Assembly (NCBI GenBank): GCA_949287225.1
Contig: CASEFP010000008.1
Coordinates: 7,199-71,198 of the forward strand
DNA from: an uncultured Lentisphaeria bacterium
GTDB lineage: Bacteria; Verrucomicrobiota; Lentisphaeria; Victivallales; UBA1829
Length of the DNA stretch: 64,000 nucleotides
Reading direction: 5' to 3'
Shown: piece after piece, positions 47,485-56,900 of the stretch
Layout: every line of letters begins with the position of its first letter
How positions within the stretch are numbered: the first letter of the stretch is position 1
Translations under genes and position numbers: made by a program
The notes under the pieces: generated by a model
What the model was told of the DNA's origin: nothing
Database searches by the model: none
What the model saw: only the letters and a program-made list of their open reading frames with translations

Positions 47485-48762
47485 ATGAAGGTCATGGTTC
47501 TGGGCGGCGGAGGCCGCGAACACGCAATCTGCCGGGGATTGAAGCGCAGTCCCGAAGTAACGAAACTCTACTGCTCGCCGGGCAATCCGGGCATCGCGGA
47601 AATCGCCGAATGCGTCGCACTGCCCGCGGGAGACATGGAGGCGGTAGCGGATTTCGCGGAGAAAAACGGGATCGACCTTCTGGTCGTCGGGCCGGAACTT
47701 CCGCTCTGCCAAGGGGTTGCGGATGCCGTACGCGCCCGGGGCATTCCCGTGTTCGGCCCCTCGAAGGCGGCGGCGCGACTGGAAGGGAGCAAGGATTTCT
47801 CCAAGCAGTTCATGGTCAAATACGGCATCCCGACGGCGGCATACGGGAGCTTCACGGAAAAGGAAAAAGCGCTCGAATATGTGCGTGCGGAATATGCAGC
47901 CGGTCGCGGCGTCGTGGTCAAAGCCGACGGTCTCGCCGCGGGCAAGGGCGTGATCGTCGCCTCCTGTCAGACGGAAGCGGAAAAGGCGGTCGAAGAGTGT
48001 TTCGGGGGAGCATTCGGCGCGGCAGGCAATGTGGTCGTCATTGAGGAGCTTCTTGTCGGAGAAGAAGCCTCGATCCTCGCGCTCGCAGACGGAAACACGG
48101 TGATTCCGCTGGTCTCCTCGCAGGATCACAAACGTCTGCTGGACGGCGACAAGGGCCCCAACACCGGCGGCATGGGCGCCTACTCCCCCGCCCCTGTTGT
48201 GACCGACGCGCTGATGCGCGAGATCGACGAGACGATTCTTCAGCGCTTCCTCAAAGGTGTCCGGGAGGAAAAACTGGACTACCGCGGGATCATCTACGCG
48301 GGGATCATGGTCACGAAGAACGGTCCGAAGGTGCTGGAGTTCAACGTCCGGTTCGGCGATCCAGAAACCGAGGCGATTCTGCCGTGTCTGGAAAGCAGTC
48401 TTGCCGATGTGCTCCTGAAAACCGCACTGGGAAAAGTCGCCGACATCGAAATGAAATGGAGTCCGAAGCCGTCCGTCTGCATCGTGATGGCCTCGGAAGG
48501 ATACCCGGGAACACTCCGCAAAGGATTTGCGATCACCGGAATTGACGAAGCGGAAAAGGACGGCGTCATCGTCTTCCATGCGGGCACCGCCATGAAAGAC
48601 GGCGTTCTTGTCAACGCGGGGGGACGCGTCCTCGTCGTGACCGCCGATGGAGAAACTGTAACTGATGCAATTGCCAAAGCCTACGAAGGCGTCGCAAAGA
48701 TCCGCTGGACAGGCGTGCAGTACCGGCACGACATTGCGCAACGGGCAGTCAACCGAAAATAA
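47485..48762 (+). CDS. purD: Phosphoribosylamine--glycine ligase
   Basis: MKVMVLGGGGREHA, VVKADGLAAGKGV, EEASILA and VLEFNVRFGDPE. aaggagg lies upstream of ATG 47485. Confidence 0.92.
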   Translation: MKVMVLGGGGREHAICRGLKRSPEVTKLYCSPGNPGIAEIAECVALPAGDMEAVADFAEKNGIDLLVVGPELPLCQGVADAVRARGIPVFGPSKAAARLEGSKDFSKQFMVKYGIPTAAYGSFTEKEKALEYVRAEYAAGRGVVVKADGLAAGKGVIVASCQTEAEKAVEECFGGAFGAAGNVVVIEELLVGEEASILALADGNTVIPLVSSQDHKRLLDGDKGPNTGGMGAYSPAPVVTDALMREIDETILQRFLKGVREEKLDYRGIIYAGIMVTKNGPKVLEFNVRFGDPETEAILPCLESSLADVLLKTALGKVADIEMKWSPKPSVCIVMASEGYPGTLRKGFAITGIDEAEKDGVIVFHAGTAMKDGVLVNAGGRVLVVTADGETVTDAIAKAYEGVAKIRWTGVQYRHDIAQRAVNRK

Positions 48763-48852
48763 CAGACGGTTTTTTCAGAAAAACCCTTGCATGTTTGCCA
48801 AATTGGATATAACTTAATGCCGGAAAGCAAAAACAACCAAAGGAGTTTAGCC

Positions 48853-49251
48853 ATGTTGAGAAAAATCATGATCGTTGCGGTTGCCGCGGCTGCCGCACTG
48901 TCCTTCACAGCCTGCTCTTCGATTCAGGTCGCAACAACCCTGAACAACGAAAAGATCACGACGGCGGAAAATGCCACCAGCCTTGCTCATCTCAATGGGG
49001 AAATCTGGGGCATCTACCTTTTCAGCATTCCGCTGTTCACGGGCAGCAGCACGCAGCCGGGCAGATGCGCTGTTTTCAGCGACACGGTTCAGGTTGACAA
49101 CGCGGTTTCGATGATCACCAAGAAGGCGCTCAATGATTTCGAGGCCACCACAGTCGAAGGCCTGACCTCCCAGCGTTCCAGCACCTGGCTTCTGCCGTTC
49201 CTCGTGCTCTGGTATGATTCGGTGCAGGTCAGCGGCAACGCGATCCGCTGA
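48853..49251 (+). CDS. Hypothetical small lipoprotein
   Basis: Lipobox MLRKIMIVAVAAAAALSFTAC. aaaggag lies upstream. Confidence 0.6.
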   Translation: MLRKIMIVAVAAAAALSFTACSSIQVATTLNNEKITTAENATSLAHLNGEIWGIYLFSIPLFTGSSTQPGRCAVFSDTVQVDNAVSMITKKALNDFEATTVEGLTSQRSSTWLLPFLVLWYDSVQVSGNAIR

Positions 49252-49270
49252 GTATTTCTGATTTTTTCAG

Positions 49271-49302
49271 GGAGCCCTCTGAACAAGTCGGCTCCTTTTT
49301 TT
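49271..49302 (+). terminator. Intrinsic terminator candidate
   Basis: ggagcc (49271-49276) and ggctcc (49290-49295) form the stem with a 13-nt loop, followed by T7 (49296-49302). Confidence 0.5.
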
Positions 49303-49342
49303 GTCACCGCATCCGGGAAAAGGTTCGGAATCGGGGAGAATC

Positions 49343-49810
49343 ATGGTTACCAAAGAGATCAAAGCGCGTTATTCCTGCAGGAGAAAAAGCGATTTCATGA
49401 CATATTTCGCTATCTACTTCTTTCTTCTTGTTGTGGTGTTCGAACTTTATCTGATTGTCTGGGTGCCGATTCAGCTGAAGCGGGAAGATGTTCTCCAGAA
49501 GCATGTTGCAAAGGAAAATCTTGTCACGCTGGTGGATACGCTCCGAAGCGAGATTGGCAGGATCGGAACTGCTGCGTCGCTGAACAAGGGCGAAGTGGAG
49601 CTGACACGGACGGTTCTGGACCATTATGCACTCTATATCCGGGAGCACCAGGATGCGCTGGATTTCCCCCAGATCATCGACCTGTACAAAATGCTGAACC
49701 GCTATCAGGCAGTGATCGAACAATGGAAAGCCAGACAGTTCTCTTTCCGGAAAGAAACGCTTGATCTGCCCGCGGCTTACCAATATCTGGAAAAGAAAAA
49801 TCATCTGTAA
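49343..49810 (+). CDS. Hypothetical N-terminally anchored membrane protein
   Basis: TM segment YFAIYFFLLVVVFELYLIVWV. ggggagaa lies upstream of ATG 49343. The track start at 49301 falls inside the upstream terminator. Confidence 0.5.
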   Translation: MVTKEIKARYSCRRKSDFMTYFAIYFFLLVVVFELYLIVWVPIQLKREDVLQKHVAKENLVTLVDTLRSEIGRIGTAASLNKGEVELTRTVLDHYALYIREHQDALDFPQIIDLYKMLNRYQAVIEQWKARQFSFRKETLDLPAAYQYLEKKNHL

Positions 49811-49905
49811 CTCTGTGCGTTACAGCGGACGCCGGTACAGAAAAGAGAAAGCTCCGGTGCGAGTTCCGCCTGACGGAGAAATTTCAGAGCGATGGAGAAA
49901 AGAAT

Positions 49906-50724
49906 ATGCTGGAACTGATTCAAGAACGCCCGATTGTATTTTTTGATCTGGAAACAACGGGCATCAACATTCTGAACGACCGGATTGTGGAAATTTCCGT
50001 CGTGAAAATCCATCCGGACGGACGTCGCGAAGTGAAAACACGGAGAATCAACCCGGAAATGCACATTCCGGAGGAAGCCTCCGCCGTTCACGGAATCTAC
50101 GACAAGGATGTCGAAAACGAGCCGACGTTCCGCGCCATCTCGAAAAACTTCTTCATCTTTCTGGAGGACTGCGATCTCGGCGGCTACAACATCACGAAGT
50201 TTGACATCCCCATGCTGACACGCGAGTTTTCGCGTGCGGGGTTGTCGTTCACAACCGCGAACCGGCGGATCATCGACGCCTACAATATCTTCTGCCGCAT
50301 GGAGCCGCGGAATCTTTCCGCCGCCTACAAGTTCTTCTGCGGCAAGGATATGAAGGATGCGCACAGTGCGGAAGCAGACACGCTTGCCACCGTGGAAATC
50401 TTCGAGGGGGAAATCCGCCGCTACTCCAGAATGGCGAAAGAGGAATTTCCGGAAGATGTGGAAAAATGGCCGGAAACACTGGATGAATTTCATACCTTCT
50501 GCAATCAGAGAACCATCGACAGTGTCGATCCGGAAGGCCGTTTCAAATGGAAGAACGGCGAAGTAATTGTCGCATTCGGGAAAAACGCGGGGACGCCGCT
50601 CAAGCGGATTGCGATTGAAAATCCGGACTTTCTGCGCTGGATTCTTCGCTCGGACTTCACGCAGGAAGTCAAGGAGATCGCCTCCAATGCGCTCAGAGGC
50701 GTTTTTCCGTTGAAAAAGGAATAA
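49906..50724 (+). CDS. DEDDh 3'-5' exonuclease (DnaQ-like) with a C-terminal DUF3820-like extension
   Basis: Exo I IVFFDLETTG, Exo II GYNITKFDIPML, Exo III HSAEADTLAT. The C-terminus has FGKNAGTPLKRIAIENPDFLRWIL. Confidence 0.8.
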   Translation: MLELIQERPIVFFDLETTGINILNDRIVEISVVKIHPDGRREVKTRRINPEMHIPEEASAVHGIYDKDVENEPTFRAISKNFFIFLEDCDLGGYNITKFDIPMLTREFSRAGLSFTTANRRIIDAYNIFCRMEPRNLSAAYKFFCGKDMKDAHSAEADTLATVEIFEGEIRRYSRMAKEEFPEDVEKWPETLDEFHTFCNQRTIDSVDPEGRFKWKNGEVIVAFGKNAGTPLKRIAIENPDFLRWILRSDFTQEVKEIASNALRGVFPLKKE

Positions 50725-50737
50725 ATATGGAGTCTTC

Positions 50738-51556
50738 ATGGATCAGGACTACAAACATCTTTTGAGTCTGCTTGATGATGAGAACGAACAGGCGGCCTCG
50801 CTGGCGATGGCGGAGCTTCTTGCCCGTGACCCCGGGCCGCTGGAGCCGGTTCTCCGCAAACTGCAGGAGAGTCCGAATCCGCGTCTCCGCCGCCGGATCC
50901 ACCAGCTTCAGTCGACAATGCTGCTGCGCAGAAGGCGCAAAAGCCTTACACAGAATCTCTCCGAACGGAACATTGATCTTCTGGAAGGACTGATCCAGAT
51001 CCATCTGCTCTGGTATGACAACGATGCATACGACACTGTAAAAAAGCAGTGGAATGAGCTGGCTGAAGAAGCGAAGAACTATCATCCGAAAAACCTGGAA
51101 CAGCTTGCCTATTTCCTGCGGAAGCGGCAGTTCGTCTGTTCCCACCGGGATGAGATGGAATCGGAATTTCTCTGTCTCGGCACGATTCTTGACGAGAACA
51201 CGGGGGCGGACTTCATGCTCTGCGCAATCGCCTGTCTGCTCGCGGCACAGCGGGGAATGCGGATTTTCATCACGCAGTCCGCGGAAACCGACTTCATTCT
51301 GGTCGATGAGTTCGGCAACATTCTGGTGCCGGTCAACGACTGGGAATACATTCCGTTCGACGGCAAGCAGTATGCGTTTGAGTTCTGGAATACGCAGATG
51401 CTTCTGCGTTACGCCACGGCGCTCTTGTTCACCTGCGCAGTGAATTCGGACAGTTTCCGCTATGTCTATACGATCGGGAGCTGTCTCGCCGGCGACGCAA
51501 GTTCGGACAACCTGGATTTTCTCCCCTACCCCTACGGTCCTGATCCCGGACGCTGA
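50738..51556 (+). CDS. Hypothetical protein (weak SirB1/transglutaminase-like impression)
   Basis: Helical N-terminus. GADFMLCAIACLLAAQRGMRIFITQSAETDFILV resembles the core of SirB1-like proteins. Unverified. Confidence 0.5.
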   Translation: MDQDYKHLLSLLDDENEQAASLAMAELLARDPGPLEPVLRKLQESPNPRLRRRIHQLQSTMLLRRRRKSLTQNLSERNIDLLEGLIQIHLLWYDNDAYDTVKKQWNELAEEAKNYHPKNLEQLAYFLRKRQFVCSHRDEMESEFLCLGTILDENTGADFMLCAIACLLAAQRGMRIFITQSAETDFILVDEFGNILVPVNDWEYIPFDGKQYAFEFWNTQMLLRYATALLFTCAVNSDSFRYVYTIGSCLAGDASSDNLDFLPYPYGPDPGR

Positions 51557-51601
51557 CCATCCGTTCCAGACGCTCCGTATTGCATCGGATGACATTAAAA
51601 A

Positions 51602-51619
51602 CTGACACTGTCAGATTTT
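51602..51619. promoter_or_regulatory. Palindromic operator candidate, site 1
   Basis: CTGACA-C-TGTCAG is a perfect 6+1+6 palindrome, followed by ATTTT. 16 of 17 nt match site 2. Confidence 0.45.
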
Positions 51620-51736
51620 CCTTGTTTGATTTCCGAGTATATCAATTTTCCACTTCTTCTAATAAAAACAGCCCGATATTCTGCGGGAGGCACCTGTAAA
51701 AACGGAAAAAAATTCCAATTTCCTGAGAAAACACTA

Positions 51737-51764
51737 TTGACAATGTCAGATTTTTTATTATAAT
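51737..51764 (+). promoter_or_regulatory. Near-consensus sigma70 promoter overlapped by operator site 2
   Basis: TTGACA (51737-51742), 16-nt spacer, TATAAT (51759-51764). The palindrome TGACA-A-TGTCA plus GATTTT (51738-51754) covers the -35 and the spacer. It lies 31 nt upstream of ATG 51795. Confidence 0.6.
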
Positions 51765-51794
51765 TAAATATAAGAAAGAAAAGCGAGAAGGAAG

Positions 51795-53201
51795 ATGGAA
51801 GACAAGCACATCCGGGTAAAGGAATATCTTCTGAATCTGCTGGAAAGCGGACAAATAAAGGCAGGAGACCGTCTGCCGGGAGCCAGACGGCTGACAAAAG
51901 AAGCCGGCGCTTCCTACACGCATATCCAGACTGTGCTGGAATGTCTTGTGCAGAGCGGCATCTTTGAGGCTGTTCCCCGCTCGGGAACCTTTGTCCAGCA
52001 GAACTGGGCAGAGTGTCTTTTACCCGCGACCTTCTACTGTTATCATCAGAATCAGCCTTGTTTCTGCGATCTGGAACTGTTTTTCCGGAAAAAACTGCCT
52101 CAGATTCATGTCTGCAAAAACTTTCAGAAAGGCATCTTTGAACTCCGCGTCACACATTATCTGCTCAGCCGCAATGAGGAATACATGGATCTGATGCCGC
52201 TCTTCAGAGAGTGTTTTCCGTCTGAAAAAGAATTTTTCCTGAAAACATTGAATCCGTTTATCGTTGACGGGCACCTCTGCGGTATTCCATGGATTTTCTC
52301 CCCGCGTGTTCTGCTGTTCAACCGCAGACTCTTCCGGGAAGCGGGCTGTCCGATGCCGCAGGACAACTGGAGCTGGGATGACTTTCTGAACACGATTGAA
52401 GCCTTGAAAAAAAAGTTTCCGCCGCAACTGGTTTTCTGCTGGGTCAGAGGACTGCATTTCTGGATCAATGCCGTCGTCAGCGCAGGCGGATGCCTGTTCG
52501 ATCCCGCGGCCGATGATCCCGTCAGGATCGATTCCCCGGAAACTATCCGAGGGCTGAAGCTGTATGCGGATCTGCGAGAAAGACTGTTTCCCGGCGGGCT
52601 GTCCGATGCCTGTACGCAGAATGAATTCCTCCAGGAATTTGCAGCGGGAAACGCAGCCATGCTGTTTGCTCCGCGACAGGATATCTACCGTCTGAAACAG
52701 AATCCCGCGTCCGCATTGCTGGAACTCGGAGCAGTCTCCATTCCGACGCCGGAAGGCGGCTCGCACGCTTCCATGATGGCATCGGATCTTTTCTGCATCC
52801 GCAAAAACTGCACCGACCCGCATCTGGCTCGCGAGATGTTGAAACTGATGTTCTCCGAAGAGGTTCAGGATCATTTCGGAATGCTCGGTTACGGGATCCC
52901 GTTCCGGCGCACCTCCGCGCAGAAATCCCTGAATCTGGAGGATGAAATTGATGTCAAGTTTCTTACGGAAATTCCACGCATGAAAATGGATTACAACATC
53001 TTCTCCTCGGCTCTTTACGAACTGGTTATTGACGGTGTCGGTGCACTTTGTCTGCTTCCTCCGGCGAAAATTCCCTCCGAAGCGCATCGACTGGCTGATG
53101 CCATACGCCTTTTTTTCCAGATCAAACAGTCCAGAGAGCATAATCACAGATGGTATGACAACACAGAGAATCAACAACAAAAAAGGCATTTATCTGCCTG
53201 A
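51795..53201 (+). CDS. GntR-type HTH fused to a family-1 solute-binding-protein-like sensor domain (one-component regulator)
   Basis: wHTH LPGARRLTKEAGASYTHIQTVLECLVQSGIFEAVPRSGTFV. The remaining 390 aa are SBP-like (DNWSWDDFLNTIEALKKKF...IDSPETIRGLKLYADL). No signal peptide. Confidence 0.75.
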   Translation: MEDKHIRVKEYLLNLLESGQIKAGDRLPGARRLTKEAGASYTHIQTVLECLVQSGIFEAVPRSGTFVQQNWAECLLPATFYCYHQNQPCFCDLELFFRKKLPQIHVCKNFQKGIFELRVTHYLLSRNEEYMDLMPLFRECFPSEKEFFLKTLNPFIVDGHLCGIPWIFSPRVLLFNRRLFREAGCPMPQDNWSWDDFLNTIEALKKKFPPQLVFCWVRGLHFWINAVVSAGGCLFDPAADDPVRIDSPETIRGLKLYADLRERLFPGGLSDACTQNEFLQEFAAGNAAMLFAPRQDIYRLKQNPASALLELGAVSIPTPEGGSHASMMASDLFCIRKNCTDPHLAREMLKLMFSEEVQDHFGMLGYGIPFRRTSAQKSLNLEDEIDVKFLTEIPRMKMDYNIFSSALYELVIDGVGALCLLPPAKIPSEAHRLADAIRLFFQIKQSREHNHRWYDNTENQQQKRHLSA

Positions 53202-53213
53202 CAGGAGGTTTTT

Positions 53214-53945
53214 ATGGGCACAAAACGGCAGAAGAGACCGCACCACGGTCCGGGAAACAGCGGAAAAACAGTCAAGACGGCCATGCGCACAATGAGGGAA
53301 CCATTCACTTTAATAGAACTTCTTGTCGTGATTGCAATTATCGCGATTCTCGCCGCGATGCTGCTTCCGGCTCTGAATCAGGCAAGAGAGCGGGCGAGCA
53401 GCATCACCTGTGTCGGCAACCTGAAACAGTGGGGAATCGGCTGGCAGCTCTATGCCGACGCATACAAAGGCTATCTCGTTCCGCAGAAGGCGACACCATA
53501 TACCGGATCGGGATCCGAAGTGGCATGGTACAATTTTTACAATCCGCTTCGACTTCTGGCGGCACCTTCCGCTAATTATACTCGCTGGAATAGCGGCAGG
53601 CAAATCTGCGGCTGCCCGACGCAGATCCGGATCCGGACAGTCAACAGGGATCGCTGTTATCTGATGAATTATGGCGTTGACAGTTATCAAAGCACCTCCG
53701 TCTGGAAAAAACTGGATCAGGTGAAAAATCCATCCACTATCGTTGCGGTAACGGATCAGAGATTGAAAGGCGGCGATCCGGGCTTCGGGACCTGGTTCAG
53801 CGGAGACAGCGGATGGGGACCGACCGGACGGGTCGGCTATGTTCACGGCGGCAGCAAATCCATGAACGTCCTGTTCATTGCAGGAAACGTATCATCGGTC
53901 AAGGTTGGTGATCTGAAGCAGCGCAACATCACAGGAGAGGATTGA
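53214..53945 (+). CDS. Prepilin-type N-terminal methylation-domain protein with a degenerate H-X9-DG-like C-terminal motif
   Basis: AGGAGG (53204-53208) lies upstream of ATG 53214. [29 protein letters not shown] follows a 29-aa basic leader (alternative ATGs at 53283 and 53292). C-terminal [17 protein letters not shown]. Confidence 0.8.
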   Translation: MGTKRQKRPHHGPGNSGKTVKTAMRTMREPFTLIELLVVIAIIAILAAMLLPALNQARERASSITCVGNLKQWGIGWQLYADAYKGYLVPQKATPYTGSGSEVAWYNFYNPLRLLAAPSANYTRWNSGRQICGCPTQIRIRTVNRDRCYLMNYGVDSYQSTSVWKKLDQVKNPSTIVAVTDQRLKGGDPGFGTWFSGDSGWGPTGRVGYVHGGSKSMNVLFIAGNVSSVKVGDLKQRNITGED

Positions 53946-53950
53946 TTCCA

Positions 53951-56900
53951 ATGAAAAAAATACTTTTTTCCCTTCTGATCGCAGCGGCGGGAACGGGAGT
54001 TTTTGCCCAGACGCCCGCCAGAATCAAAATTGATATTGATGGACGCGCGGAAAAAATCGTCTGCGGAAATGTCAATGCCGGAAAAGAACTGAAATACAGC
54101 AACCCCAAATGGCTTGGAGCAGATCTCCGGAAGTATTATCTGATTCTGGAAAGCCGGAAGAATCTCACGGATCAATGGCAGGCGTTTGCATTCACGTTCA
54201 CACCGGACAAAAGCGGTATCGTCAAACTGAGTCTGCGGGGCAACTGGACAGAAAAAAAAGCAGTCAGATGGATCGGATACGATCATTTCCAGGTCTCCGG
54301 GGCACAGCTGGACAATCCTTCTTTTGAACAGATCAGCGGTGGCGGACTCACCAGCTGGAATGCCTCATCCCTGAATCAGAAATTAAAGTGCACGGACGCC
54401 GGAGAAGGAAAAAATTATGTGGAATGCGCACATGATTTCATCGTATCCCAGAATCTTTCCGTTACAGAGGGAAAACCCGTGACTGTCCGTTTCCTCGCAA
54501 GAAAAGGAGCGGAAACGCCGCGCCCGGCCAAAACCGCCGCGGTCCAGGCGAAAAAACCCGTCGATCATCCGAAAAGCTACTACCGCTATTATGACGCAAA
54601 AGTGAAACTCCTGCCGCTGAAGGATAAGGGCATTTCGCCGAAAGACATTAAACTTCAGGCCCCGGGAAGAAAGGTGTCCGCTCCGTCCGAGGCGGAATTC
54701 GCAGCTCCGTCTGATGCCAGACAGCCCGCTGTCGACTTTGAAAAGATCCCCGTGGAGGTGCTTGAAGAGGATGGCGTCGCCCGTACAGCCGCACTTCGTT
54801 TCGGTTTCCCCGTTCCGGAAAAAACCATTTACAATCTGAAAAATCTCCGGGTGCTGGCGCCGGACGGAAAGGAAGTGCCGGCACAGTTTTCCGCAACCGC
54901 ATGGTGGCCGGATCATTCCGTCAAATGGATACTGATTCAGTTCGATGCTCCGCTGAAGGCAAATGAGAAGAAGATTTATCAGGTCGAGCTTGGGAAAAAG
55001 GTCAGACCGGCACTCATCCAGTCTCCGCTCCGGTGGGAGGAAAATGAGAATGCCTTCACCGTGTACACCGGCCCGCTGAAAGCCGTCATCGACAAGAAAA
55101 AATTCCATCTTCTGAGCGGCGTCTGGGTCGACGGAAAATACATCGGCGCTTTTTCACAGGACGGTCTCTCGGTCTCCGGAGAGGATCAGCGCCTTCACGC
55201 AGGAAGCGCTGTTCCGCCGCGCCGGATCCGGGTCACGGAAAAGGGGCCGCGGCGCCTGACCTTCCAAATTGACGGGCAGTACGGGACGGAAGCCGTCGGA
55301 ACCTATACCGTGCGGCTGGGATTTCAGGCAGACTCCCCGGTCGTTCTCGTGGAAATGACGCACATCAACAGCAATCTGAATCATGAGTTTACCGATATAT
55401 CCAGTCTGAATCTCCGGTTCCTCCCTGCCGCGGCCGTGAAAGCCCTGACCATGGACGGTCATACGCAGAATGTGCCGGCACGCTTCTTCCAGGAAAACGA
55501 CCGGGTTCTGAACATCGGCGGGGAAAAAACGCAGGAGCGCCTGAGCGGAGCGGGAATTCTGGAAACCGCATCGGGACGTATCGGGATTGCCGTGCGCGAC
55601 GCCGCGCTCCGCTATCCGAAGGCCTTCCGCATCGGACCCGATCGTCTGGATCTTGAACTGCTGCCGGAACTGCCGTCCGCAAAATTCGGAACGGAACTGC
55701 CGCACTATCTGCAATATCCGTTCTGCGAAGGAAAATACCGCATGAAATGGGGGATGAGCTTTACGGAACACCTTGCCTTTGATTTCAGCGGGAGAGCGGA
55801 TCTCCGGGAACTTGCCGCACGGGAAGTGGTGCCGGTCGTGGACCGGGACTGGCTCGCGCGATGCGCCGTATTTCAGGGCGTTCCGCCGAAAAATGATTCC
55901 ATGTTCGCAGACTGGGACCAGGAGGCATTGAAAGCGTTTCAAATGCACATGCGCCAGAAAGAGCGCCAGAGGGAATACGGTTTCCTGAACTACGGCGACT
56001 CCTTCGGGGAACGCGGGCGCAACTGGACAAACAATGAATACGATCTTGCCCATGGACTGTTCATGCTTTTCGCGCGCACCGGAAACCGGGACGCCTTCCG
56101 CTGGGCGGCGCTCGCAGCGCAGCATCAGGCGGACGTCGACATCATCCACGCCTATCCTGATCCGTTCTACCTTGGTGCCAACGCCCAGCACGGCATCGGC
56201 CACACGGGAGTCAATTATCAGAACATCCACCCGGCAACCTGGAGCTACCGGTTCGACCTCAGTTACTGGGGAACCAACGGACACACATGGAGCGATGGCA
56301 TGCTGGACGCATGGATGCTCACGGGAAACGCCCGTGTCATGGATTCCGCGCTGAAACTGGGAGCCCATCTGACGAACTATACGGCTCCGCTGTTCTCACG
56401 TCTCGGCACGCATGAACGCTCTGCAGGCTGGAGTCTGAAGGCGATTGTCGCCCTCTACCGCGCCACAGGGGATCGGAAGTATCTGGACGCCGCAAAGCGG
56501 ATCGCCGGAATCGCCATGAAGGAACAGCGGTTCGACAAGGGCGGCGCATGGCCGCATAAAATGCCGAAGGATCACTCCGGCGGCTATCAGAACACGTTCG
56601 GAAACTGTCCCTACCTAATCGGAATCCTGACCGAGGGACTGCGCCAGTATTATCTGGCGACCGACGCACCCGAGGTTGTGCGTTCGCTGATCGCTGCGGC
56701 GAACTGGCAGCGCCGCACATGGCATGACGAAGCCTTCGGATGGCCCTATGCGGCGTCCTGGGACAGCAAGCCTTATTTCCCGCCGAAAAGCGGACTCAAT
56801 CCGCTCATTGCTCCCGGCATGCTGACCGGCGGACGTCTGGAAAAGAATCCCGACATGTTCGAGATCGCCAAAAAGGTCATGGCTGTCGCCACCCTTCAGG

